DNA of 64,000 nt from an uncultured Collinsella sp. (GTDB taxonomy: Bacteria; Actinomycetota; Coriobacteriia; Coriobacteriales; Coriobacteriaceae), in assembly GCA_959600835.1 (NCBI GenBank), contig CAUGNQ010000001.1, positions 41,175-105,174 of the forward strand, in the 5' to 3' direction. The translations under genes were made by a program, and so were the position numbers. The notes below the pieces were generated by a model that was given only the letters and a program-made list of their open reading frames with translations, did not search any database and was not told the origin of the DNA. Within the stretch, counting starts at the first letter, position 1. Every line of letters starts with the position of its first letter. Shown here in pieces: positions 23,834-33,531 of the stretch.

Positions 23834-24013
23834 ATGAAGCATATCCATCCTGTTGGTTCAAATGAACATCCTCCCGTTGAGCCTTGTTGTCTTGGAGTTG
23901 ATATATGCAATTTTTACGACATCGCCGAGTGCCCTGTTGCGGATTGGTGCTATGTCGATAAAGAATCAAGCTGTGTTTTGCCAGCAGATTGGTGCGATCC
24001 AGTTGACGAGTAG
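23834..24013 (+). CDS. RiPP precursor peptide A2 (59 aa; 7 Cys), absent from the ORF track
   Basis: GAGGAG RBS then ATG: MKHIHPVGSNEHPPVEPCCLGVDICNFYDIAECPVADWCYVDKESSCVLPADWCDPVDE; leader start shared with A1. Confidence 0.85.
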   Translation: MKHIHPVGSNEHPPVEPCCLGVDICNFYDIAECPVADWCYVDKESSCVLPADWCDPVDE

Positions 24014-24091
24014 TTTTGTGGCTAGGAACTATTTGGTCCAATTCAGAATAAGATGGGAACAAATACCAAAATCTCGTGTCTGGGAGGAGTT

Positions 24092-24199
24092 ATGCCATTA
24101 TTGCAAGGTCTCGTTGGATTAGCCTTTATACTTGCGTTATATCTGGCACCTTTTTTAATTCTATTCTTCATTATCCGACTCTTTCTTCGGAGAAAATAG
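24092..24199 (+). CDS. 35-aa hydrophobic membrane peptide, absent from the ORF track
   Basis: GGAGGAG RBS then ATG: MPLLQGLVGLAFILALYLAPFLILFFIIRLFLRRK. Confidence 0.65.
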   Translation: MPLLQGLVGLAFILALYLAPFLILFFIIRLFLRRK

Positions 24200-24263
24200 G
24201 AGTGTCACGCAAACATTAGCGTAGCTTTCTTCCAATATGAGCCGAGCATTGGCAAGTGGAATA

Positions 24264-24314
24264 AGAAGCCCGACCGTTCGCCACATGAAAGTGATCGGAC
24301 GGGCTTCTCTATTT
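24264..24314 (+). terminator. Probable terminator of the precursor transcript
   Basis: agaagcccgaccg...cggacgggcttct stem followed by ctattt. Confidence 0.55.
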
Positions 24315-24896
24315 AACCCGGGCCGCCACCCATAGCGGCTTTCCAAGCGTATTCTCAGTGCAAAGCAATCGTCAGTTTAATCCTATGCGCTGATACCGCA
24401 TTTCATTTGTTCGGCTCGAATTCTACGGCCTGGCAACCCTCGCACTCTCCGGCAAATGGATTGAACGCGAAGGCAGAGATGATGTGTGCGTGGACATCGA
24501 GGCTGCTGTAGGCAACATACTGGGACATGGACCCCCGCTGCGCGTGGTATGCGGCCCGGCATATTCATTGCCGTCCAACCCCGTGTAGTTGCAGCAAAGG
24601 GTGGAACCTCAATGCTCAGCTCATGTTGTCCGTGGGACACGAGAATTGTAAGTACACTTTGGTGTGATTCTCACGATGATACTGAGCCACCTGGAATAAG
24701 ATACGTCGCGACAACACTTCGCTTCACCTCTGTCTCGACAAGACAACGTAGACTAAAGTTTCCTTTAGTAAGAGAATGAGAACTATATCTGAAAGCGTTG
24801 CGATGGCGTGAAGGCACCGAGTCCGAACCGACTGAATGCTACGTGCATCTGCATCGCTTTTTTGTTATCTCTGTCAGTTGGGTAGCACTACACTTG

Positions 24897-26552
24897 TCAG
24901 CATTTACCCCGGTACATGCTGCCTAAATCCACTACCCCTTCTACCGCGCCGACCATCTCGTCATCGTGAGAGACAATGATGATCAGCTGGCTTTGCTTGT
25001 TGCGCTTAACATAGGCCGCAAGCTCGGCGCGGCTTACAGCGTCTAACCCAGTCGTGGGCTCGTCGAGTACCAAAACTGACGACTTGCGTGAAATCGCCGA
25101 CCATAAGTACACTCGGCGCAGCTCACCGCCCGAAAGCGCGGAGCAACGTTTCCCGAGCAACTCCTTCACGCTGTTTTCCAGCGAAAGTAGGCCATCTACA
25201 CCCCGGTGATAGGAAGAAAAGGGCGTGTCGAAATACTCTAACAGCTCTTTCACCGTTTCGTCCGGCGCGAAGCACGACTGTGGGCAGCACGATATCTCTC
25301 TCGCACGTATGTAATCCAAGTCGCATTCTTCGATTGGCACGCCGTTGTATTTTACTTTGCCTTTCGATGAGTATAGCCCGAGCATCAAGTAAAGAAGTGA
25401 CGTCTTGCCTCTTCCGTTTTCCCCAACTATGCAATATGTACCAGGACCGGAAAACTTGAAAGAAAACCCGCCGAGGACCTCTCGGACAGATCCGTCTGGA
25501 AGGGCAACCGAGAATTCCAAATCAGATACCGAAATGTCATTTATTTCATCGAGTTTAGCTAAATCGGTCCGATTCCACCCCGATCTCTCCTTTTCTCTCG
25601 TCGCGATAGCCGTCCTATCCCATGATGCTTTGGCATCTTGATAGGATTTGAACAATGACATCATACTTTTCAAAGTCTTAAAGAGAACCGCGAAGTATGC
25701 ACCGATGATAGTGTACTCGCCTATTGACATAGTTCCGTTAATGATTCGTACTCCGGAAACAACAAGTATCACCGCTTGAAACAACGCTGCGAAAAGACCA
25801 TCGAGCGATGTCAGAGAATATGATAGCTTTCCGGAGCGCAAAACTTTGGGAAAATAGCTCTTAAACCCAGCGTCGAGCGCTTGTTCGCTCTTGCCGTACG
25901 AAGATGTCAGTTGAATGTTGAGAATCTGATTAAGCTGCGATGCAATTGCGGCGTAAAAGGCGCTGTCCGCCTCTTTCTTCTCATACGTGACCCTATACAA
26001 AAGTTTCCTCAACCCAGTAATTACACAGAAATACACGATGAGGAGAATGATGGAAAACACCGCGAGAGTTGAATCAATTGACCATATGATAAGCAATACG
26101 ATGGGAATGGCTACAATGGACAGCGGCGCACTGATAAAATTCGCCAAAACGAAGGATGAGACCACGCTAGAGTCGGAAATAATCCGTTGCGTTGTATAGG
26201 CTGGATCGATGGTCCGACTCACCAAGTAATCGTCTCTTTCAAAACGCAAGACGGCCTCCCTGAGAAGATCAAAGGAAAGTCTCGTGGTTATGCGAATGGA
26301 AAGTGTTCCTGCAAAATAAGTAAAGAGGGTGGAGAAAACTCCTATTGACGCAACCAGGAGCGCGAAGAGTACGGCGTCTCTTTCGCTGCGGTTACCGAGA
26401 AGAAAATCTAAGAATTTCCCGTTCACGTATGGCATGGCATAGGAGAGAGCGGTTCCAATCACCGTGATAGCAATGAAGACGAAAGCCCCTTTTGCTCTGA
26501 TGAACCTCGAGAGAACGCATCGAATCAAGGAAGGCCCCAATCTACCCGCCAC
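24897..26552 (-). CDS. ABC exporter (TMD plus NBD fusion), no C39 domain
   Basis: N-terminal TM domain; GENGRGKT, LSGGE, LVLDEPT, VSH. Confidence 0.9.
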   Translation of the reverse strand: MAGRLGPSLIRCVLSRFIRAKGAFVFIAITVIGTALSYAMPYVNGKFLDFLLGNRSERDAVLFALLVASIGVFSTLFTYFAGTLSIRITTRLSFDLLREAVLRFERDDYLVSRTIDPAYTTQRIISDSSVVSSFVLANFISAPLSIVAIPIVLLIIWSIDSTLAVFSIILLIVYFCVITGLRKLLYRVTYEKKEADSAFYAAIASQLNQILNIQLTSSYGKSEQALDAGFKSYFPKVLRSGKLSYSLTSLDGLFAALFQAVILVVSGVRIINGTMSIGEYTIIGAYFAVLFKTLKSMMSLFKSYQDAKASWDRTAIATREKERSGWNRTDLAKLDEINDISVSDLEFSVALPDGSVREVLGGFSFKFSGPGTYCIVGENGRGKTSLLYLMLGLYSSKGKVKYNGVPIEECDLDYIRAREISCCPQSCFAPDETVKELLEYFDTPFSSYHRGVDGLLSLENSVKELLGKRCSALSGGELRRVYLWSAISRKSSVLVLDEPTTGLDAVSRAELAAYVKRNKQSQLIIIVSHDDEMVGAVEGVVDLGSMYRGKC

Positions 26553-26697
26553 AAAACATCAATCACTGATACCTTACACCTCAACACAACAGGAGCGAAG
26601 ATTTGCCAATGAGACTGCTTTAAGATTGCCTTGGGCCAATACGATCTCAAGCTCTTCCTACAAGAGAGTCGGAATCGGACATCTCCTCCGACGAACC

Positions 26698-26743
26698 TGG
26701 CAATCGGGCGGTTGAAATATCTTTTTCAACCGCCCGATTGCCA
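26698..26743. repeat. Perfect 20-bp inverted repeat with 6-nt loop
   Basis: tggcaatcgggcggttgaaa-tatctt-tttcaaccgcccgattgcca. Confidence 0.85.
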
Positions 26744-26867
26744 CAATAGATTTGAGCATCCGCCCACAAACGTCCGCGTTTTATACCCATCAAATCCTTT
26801 GCCTTTTGTCGTCTAGACTAGAAAAATCGCTCGAAATAACGCAACCGGCCTGCTCGCTTGAAGAAAC

Positions 26868-27500
26868 CTAAGCCCGTAACGTAGATGTGCAAACTTCCGA
26901 AACGCCTTGCGCGGCATAGTGCGTATAAACTTCGTCAACCGCCTCAGAAATATCTGAGTATCGCGCCGGGTCAAAAGCATACGATGTCGCAGCTATACCC
27001 TGCACCCATTCGGAACGCGGATTAATTGAATAGCCACACAGCATCATCATACATGCATCTAGACCTGATTTCCCAAGTATCCGACGTATTGATGAGAGCA
27101 TCGCGGGTCGCCCCCGCACCATCGTCGTCACCCCTATTAGCAGTATTTACCGTTTTTCTCTAAATGCGTATCGCCACCCTTAAGAATACGAAGTGTTTTA
27201 TCCAGACCCGATTGTCCTCCATCTCAAACGAAGGGATAAGGAATCTCATCCGGAATCGGCAGTAACGGAGGATTCACAACGACAAGCGAAAAACATGAGT
27301 CATCTCTCAGAGGGGAGTAAAGGCTCCCCTCAAGCACCCTAGTTTCGTCATCCAAAGAGTTGATGGCAGTGTTTTTCTTACAAAGGTCGACAACAAAAGG
27401 GTTGATTTCTACAGATGTTACATCCATGCCACAGTTGGTAAGTATCAGGCCCTGTATTCTGGGGCCAGAACACAAATCGAGAGCCTTCCGTGCGCTCTGC
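26868..27500 (-). pseudogene. Disrupted class I SAM-dependent (HemK-like) methyltransferase
   Basis: KALDLCSGPRIQG (motif I-like), VEIN and VVNPP, then in-frame TGA followed by DGGQSGL; a further fragment lies at 26868-27131. Confidence 0.65.
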
Positions 27501-27817
27501 GGTGTAAGGCGCCAATCTCAGCAAATCTGTCCCACAATACTGCGCTGAAGAACAACACGGAACCCCTGAGCCAAACTCCCCTATACCTTATTAAGGCTAA
27601 GACAGGCAAGTTCACGCACCCGGCATATTCCAGAATAACATCCTATTGTTTTAGATGCTCTACAAGCATGAACAGCCGCGAATCGGAAAGATCTTCTAGT
27701 TTCGCCCCGACTGACCGCCAAGGGCCAAAATGGCCCCTCCATCCCCGGGCGACCGGCTCTGGCGCGCCGAGGAGTGTCCCCAAGTGCCGGCAGAAAAGGA
27801 ACGTCCTTAACTGCCGG

Positions 27818-28756
27818 CTAGAGGGCACCGAAGAGGATGGCATAGGTAGTGGATTCGCCGAGCTTGAGCTCGTCGCCGGGATTGAGCTGGGCGGAACGGC
27901 CGGGCTCGACCTGAATGCAAACGCGCGTGGCCCCGTTTACCACCACGGTTCCGTTGGTGGACGACAAGTCCTCGACGTGCCAGATATTTTGAGCATCGCA
28001 CCAGATATGGGCATGGCGGGCCGAGACATCGTCGCCGACGTCGGTAATATCGCCCTCACCAGTGGCCAGCGCGCCAATCTCAACACCCTGCTCACTCGGC
28101 TGAATCCAGCGCGGGGCGCTCACGACAAAACTGTTTTGCACGCGCAGCAAGCCCAAAGGGTGCGCCGGGGCGGGTTCGCGTTCGCCCGCAGTCAGCGACA
28201 TGCCAAGCGAACGCGGCGTGGATGTGCCTCCGCCGCAGGTCGCGTTTGCGTAGTCGATGGCATAGTTCACCGAGGACCGCACATCCGCCGAACAACCGAC
28301 GGCGACAAACAGCACCAGCACGACCTCGGCGCGCTCGGCGGGCATGAGTTCCGCCGCCTGGGACAGGCGATCGAGCGCGTTGCGATAGAGATTCGTGTCC
28401 TGGTGGCACTCTTCGAGCGCGCGTACCATCGGTTCACCTGCAGGACCGCACACCATATTGATTACAGCCGTGGAGTCCATGGGATTGCGCTGGCGCAGGG
28501 CCAGTTGCGACATAATACGCGCAGCCGAGGTACCGTATTCGGCAAAGTAGCGCTGCTGAAGCGTGCCGACCGGCGCGCGAACGATAAAGCGGGAAACCCA
28601 AGAGCGATCGGCGGCTCGGCTCTGCGGGCTGCGGCCGTCGGCGAGCGGACGGGACGAAAGCACCAAGCCGCACAGCTCGATATGGCTCAGATGCGCTGCG
28701 CGCTTAAAGATGTCAAACATGGCCCCGCATGGGGTGAGCTCAACTTGAGATGCCAT
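27818..28756 (-). CDS. FHA domain-containing protein
   Basis: VSARHA and EDLSSTNGT FHA motifs at the C-terminus. Confidence 0.85.
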   Translation of the reverse strand: MASQVELTPCGAMFDIFKRAAHLSHIELCGLVLSSRPLADGRSPQSRAADRSWVSRFIVRAPVGTLQQRYFAEYGTSAARIMSQLALRQRNPMDSTAVINMVCGPAGEPMVRALEECHQDTNLYRNALDRLSQAAELMPAERAEVVLVLFVAVGCSADVRSSVNYAIDYANATCGGGTSTPRSLGMSLTAGEREPAPAHPLGLLRVQNSFVVSAPRWIQPSEQGVEIGALATGEGDITDVGDDVSARHAHIWCDAQNIWHVEDLSSTNGTVVVNGATRVCIQVEPGRSAQLNPGDELKLGESTTYAILFGAL

Positions 28757-28759
28757 GAC

Positions 28760-30604
28760 CTAGGCCTCCTTGGTCGTAGAAATAGAATCGGACGATACTT
28801 CGACAGGTCCGCCAAAAGTACGGACAGCTGCGGCTCCACCGGCAAGCGGAGTCGCCATCTGGGCTTTTGTGCGTCGCGGTGCCGAAACGGGAAGTTCAAA
28901 GGCAAAGCCCATCGCAAGCAAAAACCACGTAAGCGTATAGGTTGCAACCAGAGCGGCAACAAGGCCGCCCATCACGGCGCGTTGGGAAAATACGCTACAT
29001 GCAGCCACAACCAGCACCGGAACCTCGCAGGCAGAAAGCGCAAGCACACCCTGCAGGAAGCCCGAGCGCCGATCGCGCGCAAGTGCCCCCGCGGCAACGC
29101 CGGCTATGCCTGGCAGCGCCAACGCCAGTGCGGCAATAATACCCGGTAGCGACCCAGACCACACGAGCGATCCCAAAGTCGCCGTCACGCGAGCGCCCGA
29201 CGCCAGCAGCGCGGCCGAAACCACGACCACAGCCCAAACCACGCCACAGACGACCGTCGCGCCGACCATCAGCGCGCGACGAACCGCGCGGCCAGACGCA
29301 TCCATGGGGCACGGCGTGAGCGGCTCGCCGCGGAGCGAACGACCGACATTTTGCGCATAGTGGTCACAAAACGCCGAGAGCGCCGCCTCGACCGCCGCCG
29401 GCTCGGGACGATCTTTTTGATGGCTGGACAGACAGGCCATCACCACGTCGAACAGCTGGGCATCGACAAACGCCAGCGCATCGCGTAGCTCCTCGGAATC
29501 CGGCTCAAGCCCCAGCTGCTGGGCCTGCTCGGCCGCAGCGAGCGCCACATCGGGCTCACGACGAAGCAGCTGAGTCAAATCGCAACCGGGCGCATGGGCA
29601 CCAATGGGATAGTCGGGCAGCGTGTCCATCTTGAGACGGTAGGGGCTGGCGATGTCGCGCGTCTTTTTGCGCGAACCCGAGGTGCCCGAAGTGCTCGGCG
29701 CGGCTTCGTATGGCGCGGCGCCGGCAATGAGCTCGTAAACCGTGCTTGCTGCGGCATAGACGTCGATCGCCGGCGACATACGCAAAGCGCGCAGGTCGGG
29801 AATATCGTCGGTGAGCATCTCGGGCGGGGCATAGGCAACCGTCGCGCGACGCAGCGTGGCATAGCGCTCCGTAAACGACGCCTTGCCGCCGGTACCGGCC
29901 ACGGCCGACGCAGGCTCAAGCGCCAGCGACGAGCCAAAGTCGATCAGGCACAGGTCAAAGGTGCCCTCGGCAAGCTGCCGGTCAAGCGGTAGACGCGCCG
30001 TACGCACCATAATATTAGCGGGCGAGATATCGCGATGGACAAAGCCCTCGCCCACCAGGCTCATACGGCAGAGCAGATCGAACAGGTCGCGACCCAGACG
30101 CGCCGCCACAAGCGGCGATAGGCGGCCGGCATCGTCCACGGCAAAGCGCGAGCGCAAGCGGGCGAGCGTCTCGCCCTCGACCCATTCCATGACAATTGCA
30201 GGCACACCGTCGACCTCGCCCCAGCCATAGAGGCGGGGAAAGCCCTTAAGGCCCGAAAGGGCGCGATGGCATTCGTATTCCTCGCGAAACGCCGCTTTGA
30301 ACTTGGCGACCAGCGCCTCATGGGCGGCGGCATCGTCAAACTCATCGCACGTTGGCAAGATGAGCTGCTTGAGTGCCACGGCCTCGCCTTGGGCGTTGAC
30401 GGCACGCGTCACGCGGCCGATACCGCCACGGCGCATGGTGGCATCGTCGGCAAACAGTATCGTAAAACGACGCAGATAGGCAGGCAGTTCGTCCTGACCG
30501 AGCGCAATGGCCGGCTCAAACCCGTCGACACGCGCCAGGCGCAGGCCGACCATGGGATCGCGACCGAGCGATTGTGGTGTGGTGGATGCAAGATCGGTCA
30601 TCAT
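28760..30604 (-). CDS. Hanks-type Ser/Thr protein kinase with C-terminal TM helices
   Basis: GGIGRV, VALK, HRDISPAN, DFG, YAPPE, DVYA. Confidence 0.88.
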   Translation of the reverse strand: MMTDLASTTPQSLGRDPMVGLRLARVDGFEPAIALGQDELPAYLRRFTILFADDATMRRGGIGRVTRAVNAQGEAVALKQLILPTCDEFDDAAAHEALVAKFKAAFREEYECHRALSGLKGFPRLYGWGEVDGVPAIVMEWVEGETLARLRSRFAVDDAGRLSPLVAARLGRDLFDLLCRMSLVGEGFVHRDISPANIMVRTARLPLDRQLAEGTFDLCLIDFGSSLALEPASAVAGTGGKASFTERYATLRRATVAYAPPEMLTDDIPDLRALRMSPAIDVYAAASTVYELIAGAAPYEAAPSTSGTSGSRKKTRDIASPYRLKMDTLPDYPIGAHAPGCDLTQLLRREPDVALAAAEQAQQLGLEPDSEELRDALAFVDAQLFDVVMACLSSHQKDRPEPAAVEAALSAFCDHYAQNVGRSLRGEPLTPCPMDASGRAVRRALMVGATVVCGVVWAVVVVSAALLASGARVTATLGSLVWSGSLPGIIAALALALPGIAGVAAGALARDRRSGFLQGVLALSACEVPVLVVAACSVFSQRAVMGGLVAALVATYTLTWFLLAMGFAFELPVSAPRRTKAQMATPLAGGAAAVRTFGGPVEVSSDSISTTKEA

Positions 30605-31599
30605 AGGGCAAGCGCCGCCACGTTATTGTTGAAGTTACCGAGCGCGACGTCATCATCGCCGTAATGGCCGACCCATTGACATAGGTTGGTGTAACAGCCC
30701 CACAGATTGGCATACTGCTGATACCACTTTGACCGGGGCGAGAATGTCTGACGACCGAACTCGGCTCGAATGACAAACATCTCCCCGACCAGGCTGTCGC
30801 ACGGCCTGGGATCTCCCGTAGAGTTATAGGTCGAAACCACGTCATTGGCGCGAGAAACATAGCCGTCGAGCATGTTGTACTTGGTCACAAGCCAACTGTG
30901 AATGCTCTCTTCCTCAGCAGCGGAAAGGCCACCGGAGTTTGCATCGCTGTCAGTGTTGCCGCCCGTCGAACCGCCATTTCCAGACCCTCCGGCAGAGGAG
31001 CCCGACCCAGAACCGCCGCCCGAACTCGACGAATCCGAGCCGGAGCCAGAAGTATCCGAGCTACCGGGCTTTCCGGACTGCTGGGCGTCCTGCTCCTTCT
31101 GCTGCTCGACCTTATTCACCGTTGCCGCCACGCTATTGTTGGACAACCGATCGATGATCTTGGTGTTGGTGAGCACGATGGTTTTGCCATTGGCAAGCGT
31201 GACTTCGTTGTCCGGGGCCTCGGCGCCGTCCGCGTCGCCGGTGCCAAACACAATATGCGCGACCACACTTGCCCAAGCATATCCAGTCGTGGTCCCCAGG
31301 TCACTTTTGACCTCATGCCCCACGCGCGGTTCGCGTGCGGCATGTGCCTGCATCATGGACGGCACGGTCATGCCATAGGCAGAAACGCCAGCTATGACCA
31401 GCACCAGCGAGCAAGACAGCAGTGCGTACGCCCGCGGCGCCAAGCCCAGTCGGCGTCGCATGCGCACCGCGGCGCCGCGCTTTGTCTGAGTGCCACCGGG
31501 CCGCATGCGTTCTCCTCCAACAAAAACACGCCGCTCGGGAGCAGCGCATTCATTCGAATCCATATTTGAGTGTATCAGCGAACCCAAAAGGTTGCGCAA
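30601..31599 (-). CDS. Membrane-anchored/secreted hypothetical protein with Gly/Ser-rich linker (start uncertain)
   Basis: TM segment, SG-rich linker, helical C-terminal domain; stop overlaps the kinase start. Confidence 0.65.
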   Translation of the reverse strand: MRNLLGSLIHSNMDSNECAAPERRVFVGGERMRPGGTQTKRGAAVRMRRRLGLAPRAYALLSCSLVLVIAGVSAYGMTVPSMMQAHAAREPRVGHEVKSDLGTTTGYAWASVVAHIVFGTGDADGAEAPDNEVTLANGKTIVLTNTKIIDRLSNNSVAATVNKVEQQKEQDAQQSGKPGSSDTSGSGSDSSSSGGGSGSGSSAGGSGNGGSTGGNTDSDANSGGLSAAEEESIHSWLVTKYNMLDGYVSRANDVVSTYNSTGDPRPCDSLVGEMFVIRAEFGRQTFSPRSKWYQQYANLWGCYTNLCQWVGHYGDDDVALGNFNNNVAALAL

Positions 31600-31751
31600 C
31601 GAATGGGCAAATTAAGGATGCGAGTGGAAGCATCCATGCGATAAGCGGATACAAAGCATCTTTGTTGCACAACAAACTTACAGTCGCACGGGGAAATTAT
31701 GGCTACCCCGTGCGTCGCGATGAAGACATACGGCAGGAGCAGGCTCGCCAC

Positions 31752-32348
31752 CTAAATCGTGCGACGGGCCTCGATGGCGCGCCCAAGCGTAAGCTCGTCG
31801 GCATACTCCAGGTCGCCGCCCACGGGAAGGCCGCTCGCCAGACGCGATACCTCAACGCCCAGCGGCTTGATAGTGCGGGCCAGGTAACTCGCCGTGGTCT
31901 CGCCCTCAATGTTGGGGTTGGTGGCGATGATGACCTCGTGGATGTCCTCGTGGCCCAGGCGCGCCAGCAGCTCGCGGATATGCAGCTGCTCGGGACCGAT
32001 CTTGTCCATGGGACTGATCACGCCGCCCAGCACATGGTACAGGCCATGGTAGCTGCCCGTGCGCTCGATTGCCTGGACGTCGCGCGGCTCGCCCACCACG
32101 CAAATGCGAGTGGTATCGCGCATCGGGTCCTGGCAGATGGAGCACTCGTCGGCCGTGGCGTAGTTAAAGCAGCGGCTGCAAAAGTGAACCTCCTGCTTGA
32201 CCTCCAGGATGGCCTCGGCCAGGCGGCGCGCCTCCTCGGCGTCAGCCTCCAACAGGTAATAGGCGATGCGCTGAGCCGACTTGGGGCCAATGCCCGGCAG
32301 GCGACCCAGCTCATCGAGCAATTTTTGCAGGCTATGGTTGGCACTCAT
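31752..32348 (-). CDS. recR: Recombination protein RecR
   Basis: [11 protein letters not shown]hH, C4 zinc finger, [12 protein letters not shown]oprim, [14 protein letters not shown]. Confidence 0.97.
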   Translation of the reverse strand: MSANHSLQKLLDELGRLPGIGPKSAQRIAYYLLEADAEEARRLAEAILEVKQEVHFCSRCFNYATADECSICQDPMRDTTRICVVGEPRDVQAIERTGSYHGLYHVLGGVISPMDKIGPEQLHIRELLARLGHEDIHEVIIATNPNIEGETTASYLARTIKPLGVEVSRLASGLPVGGDLEYADELTLGRAIEARRTI

Positions 32349-32361
32349 ATATATGCGCGTC

Positions 32362-32682
32362 TTAGAACGGCATGCCCGGGATGTTGAGGCCGCCGGTGAT
32401 GGCGCCCATCTGCTTGTTGGCGAGCTCGTTGACGCCGCGAACGGCCTCGTTGACGGCAGCCATAATCATGTCCTGCAGCATGTCGACGTCCTCGGGATCG
32501 AGCGCATCGGGATCGATGGTGAGGTTGACGAGCTCCATCTCGCCGTTAACGGTCACCTTGACCATGCCGCCGCCGGCAGAGGCGTCGACGGTCTGGGACT
32601 TGAGGTTCTCCTGCGCGGCGGCAAGCTGCTCCTGCATCTTGCGAGCCTGCTTCATCATCTGCTGCATGTTCATACCGGCCAT
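32362..32682 (-). CDS. ybaB: YbaB/EbfC nucleoid-associated protein
   Basis: [37 protein letters not shown]; adjacent to recR. Confidence 0.95.
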   Translation of the reverse strand: MAGMNMQQMMKQARKMQEQLAAAQENLKSQTVDASAGGGMVKVTVNGEMELVNLTIDPDALDPEDVDMLQDMIMAAVNEAVRGVNELANKQMGAITGGLNIPGMPF

Positions 32683-33021
32683 GACGGCTCCTTTACGTGC
32701 GGCCGCACGCCGAGCTGCAAGGGCAGCCGGAGCACGGCGGGACTTTCAAACTCAAAAATCGTACCACGGCGCGCGGCGAGAGAGCGGGGCGGACGTGTTA
32801 CCTCAGTCGATATACATGTCCTGGAGCGTGATGCGCCCCCAAGATTATGCAAAGTTGAATAATTCGCATCTGCATAATATTGAAAGCTAAATCTCGTAGA
32901 GCCGGAATCCGACATTTAATGCGTACCACTAAATGGCTAAATGCCGAGCCACTACTCGAGGCGGCACGCATGACGGCGGGGTATAATTTGATTGCCATAG
33001 ATAGCAATTTGGAGGTGCCCC

Positions 33022-33531
33022 ATGAACGCCCCCGACGCGCTCCAAAACATCCGCTCAAAACACCCCGTTGCATATTTGGTTCTCTATCTCTTTGTCGGCT
33101 GGGCATTGCTGGTTGTCATCACCCATGCTATAGCCTTTGGAGCAGAACTGCTGATAGCCAGCTCGGACCAGCCCATCGTCAAATGGGAGACGACCGATAA
33201 GTGCACCGACGGAACCCGAACCGTTTACTACAACAGCCCGTCCCTCTACCAAGAGTTCAAGGTCAAGATAAAGGACTTCAAGATTGTCGATGCCGAACCG
33301 GGCTCTTTATTGACAATCGGAGCAACCGTCAACGCCGAGCAAGTCGAATACACGGACAGCCATGCGGCGTATCGTATCGACCTCAGCATCCTAGGCCGAC
33401 CGTCACGCACCTGTCTGCTCGAATGCGATATACGCGGCACCACGTTGCACATGTCCGAAATACAGATGCGCCCGGACAAAACCCCTGAAGAGCTGGGGAT
33501 CCTAAGCCCGGCGAGCGACTCTCAACAGTAG
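33022..33531 (+). CDS. Hypothetical membrane-anchored protein
   Basis: GGAGG RBS, single N-terminal TM helix, beta-rich remainder. Confidence 0.6.
   Translation: MNAPDALQNIRSKHPVAYLVLYLFVGWALLVVITHAIAFGAELLIASSDQPIVKWETTDKCTDGTRTVYYNSPSLYQEFKVKIKDFKIVDAEPGSLLTIGATVNAEQVEYTDSHAAYRIDLSILGRPSRTCLLECDIRGTTLHMSEIQMRPDKTPEELGILSPASDSQQ

Noticed and set aside
23853..24122. ORF-track 89-aa ORF over the precursor region
   Set aside because: It overlaps precursor A2 in another frame and lacks an RBS; A2 has an RBS and homology to A1
24350..24890. Short ORFs between the terminator and the ABC exporter
   Set aside because: No RBS, motif or recognisable product
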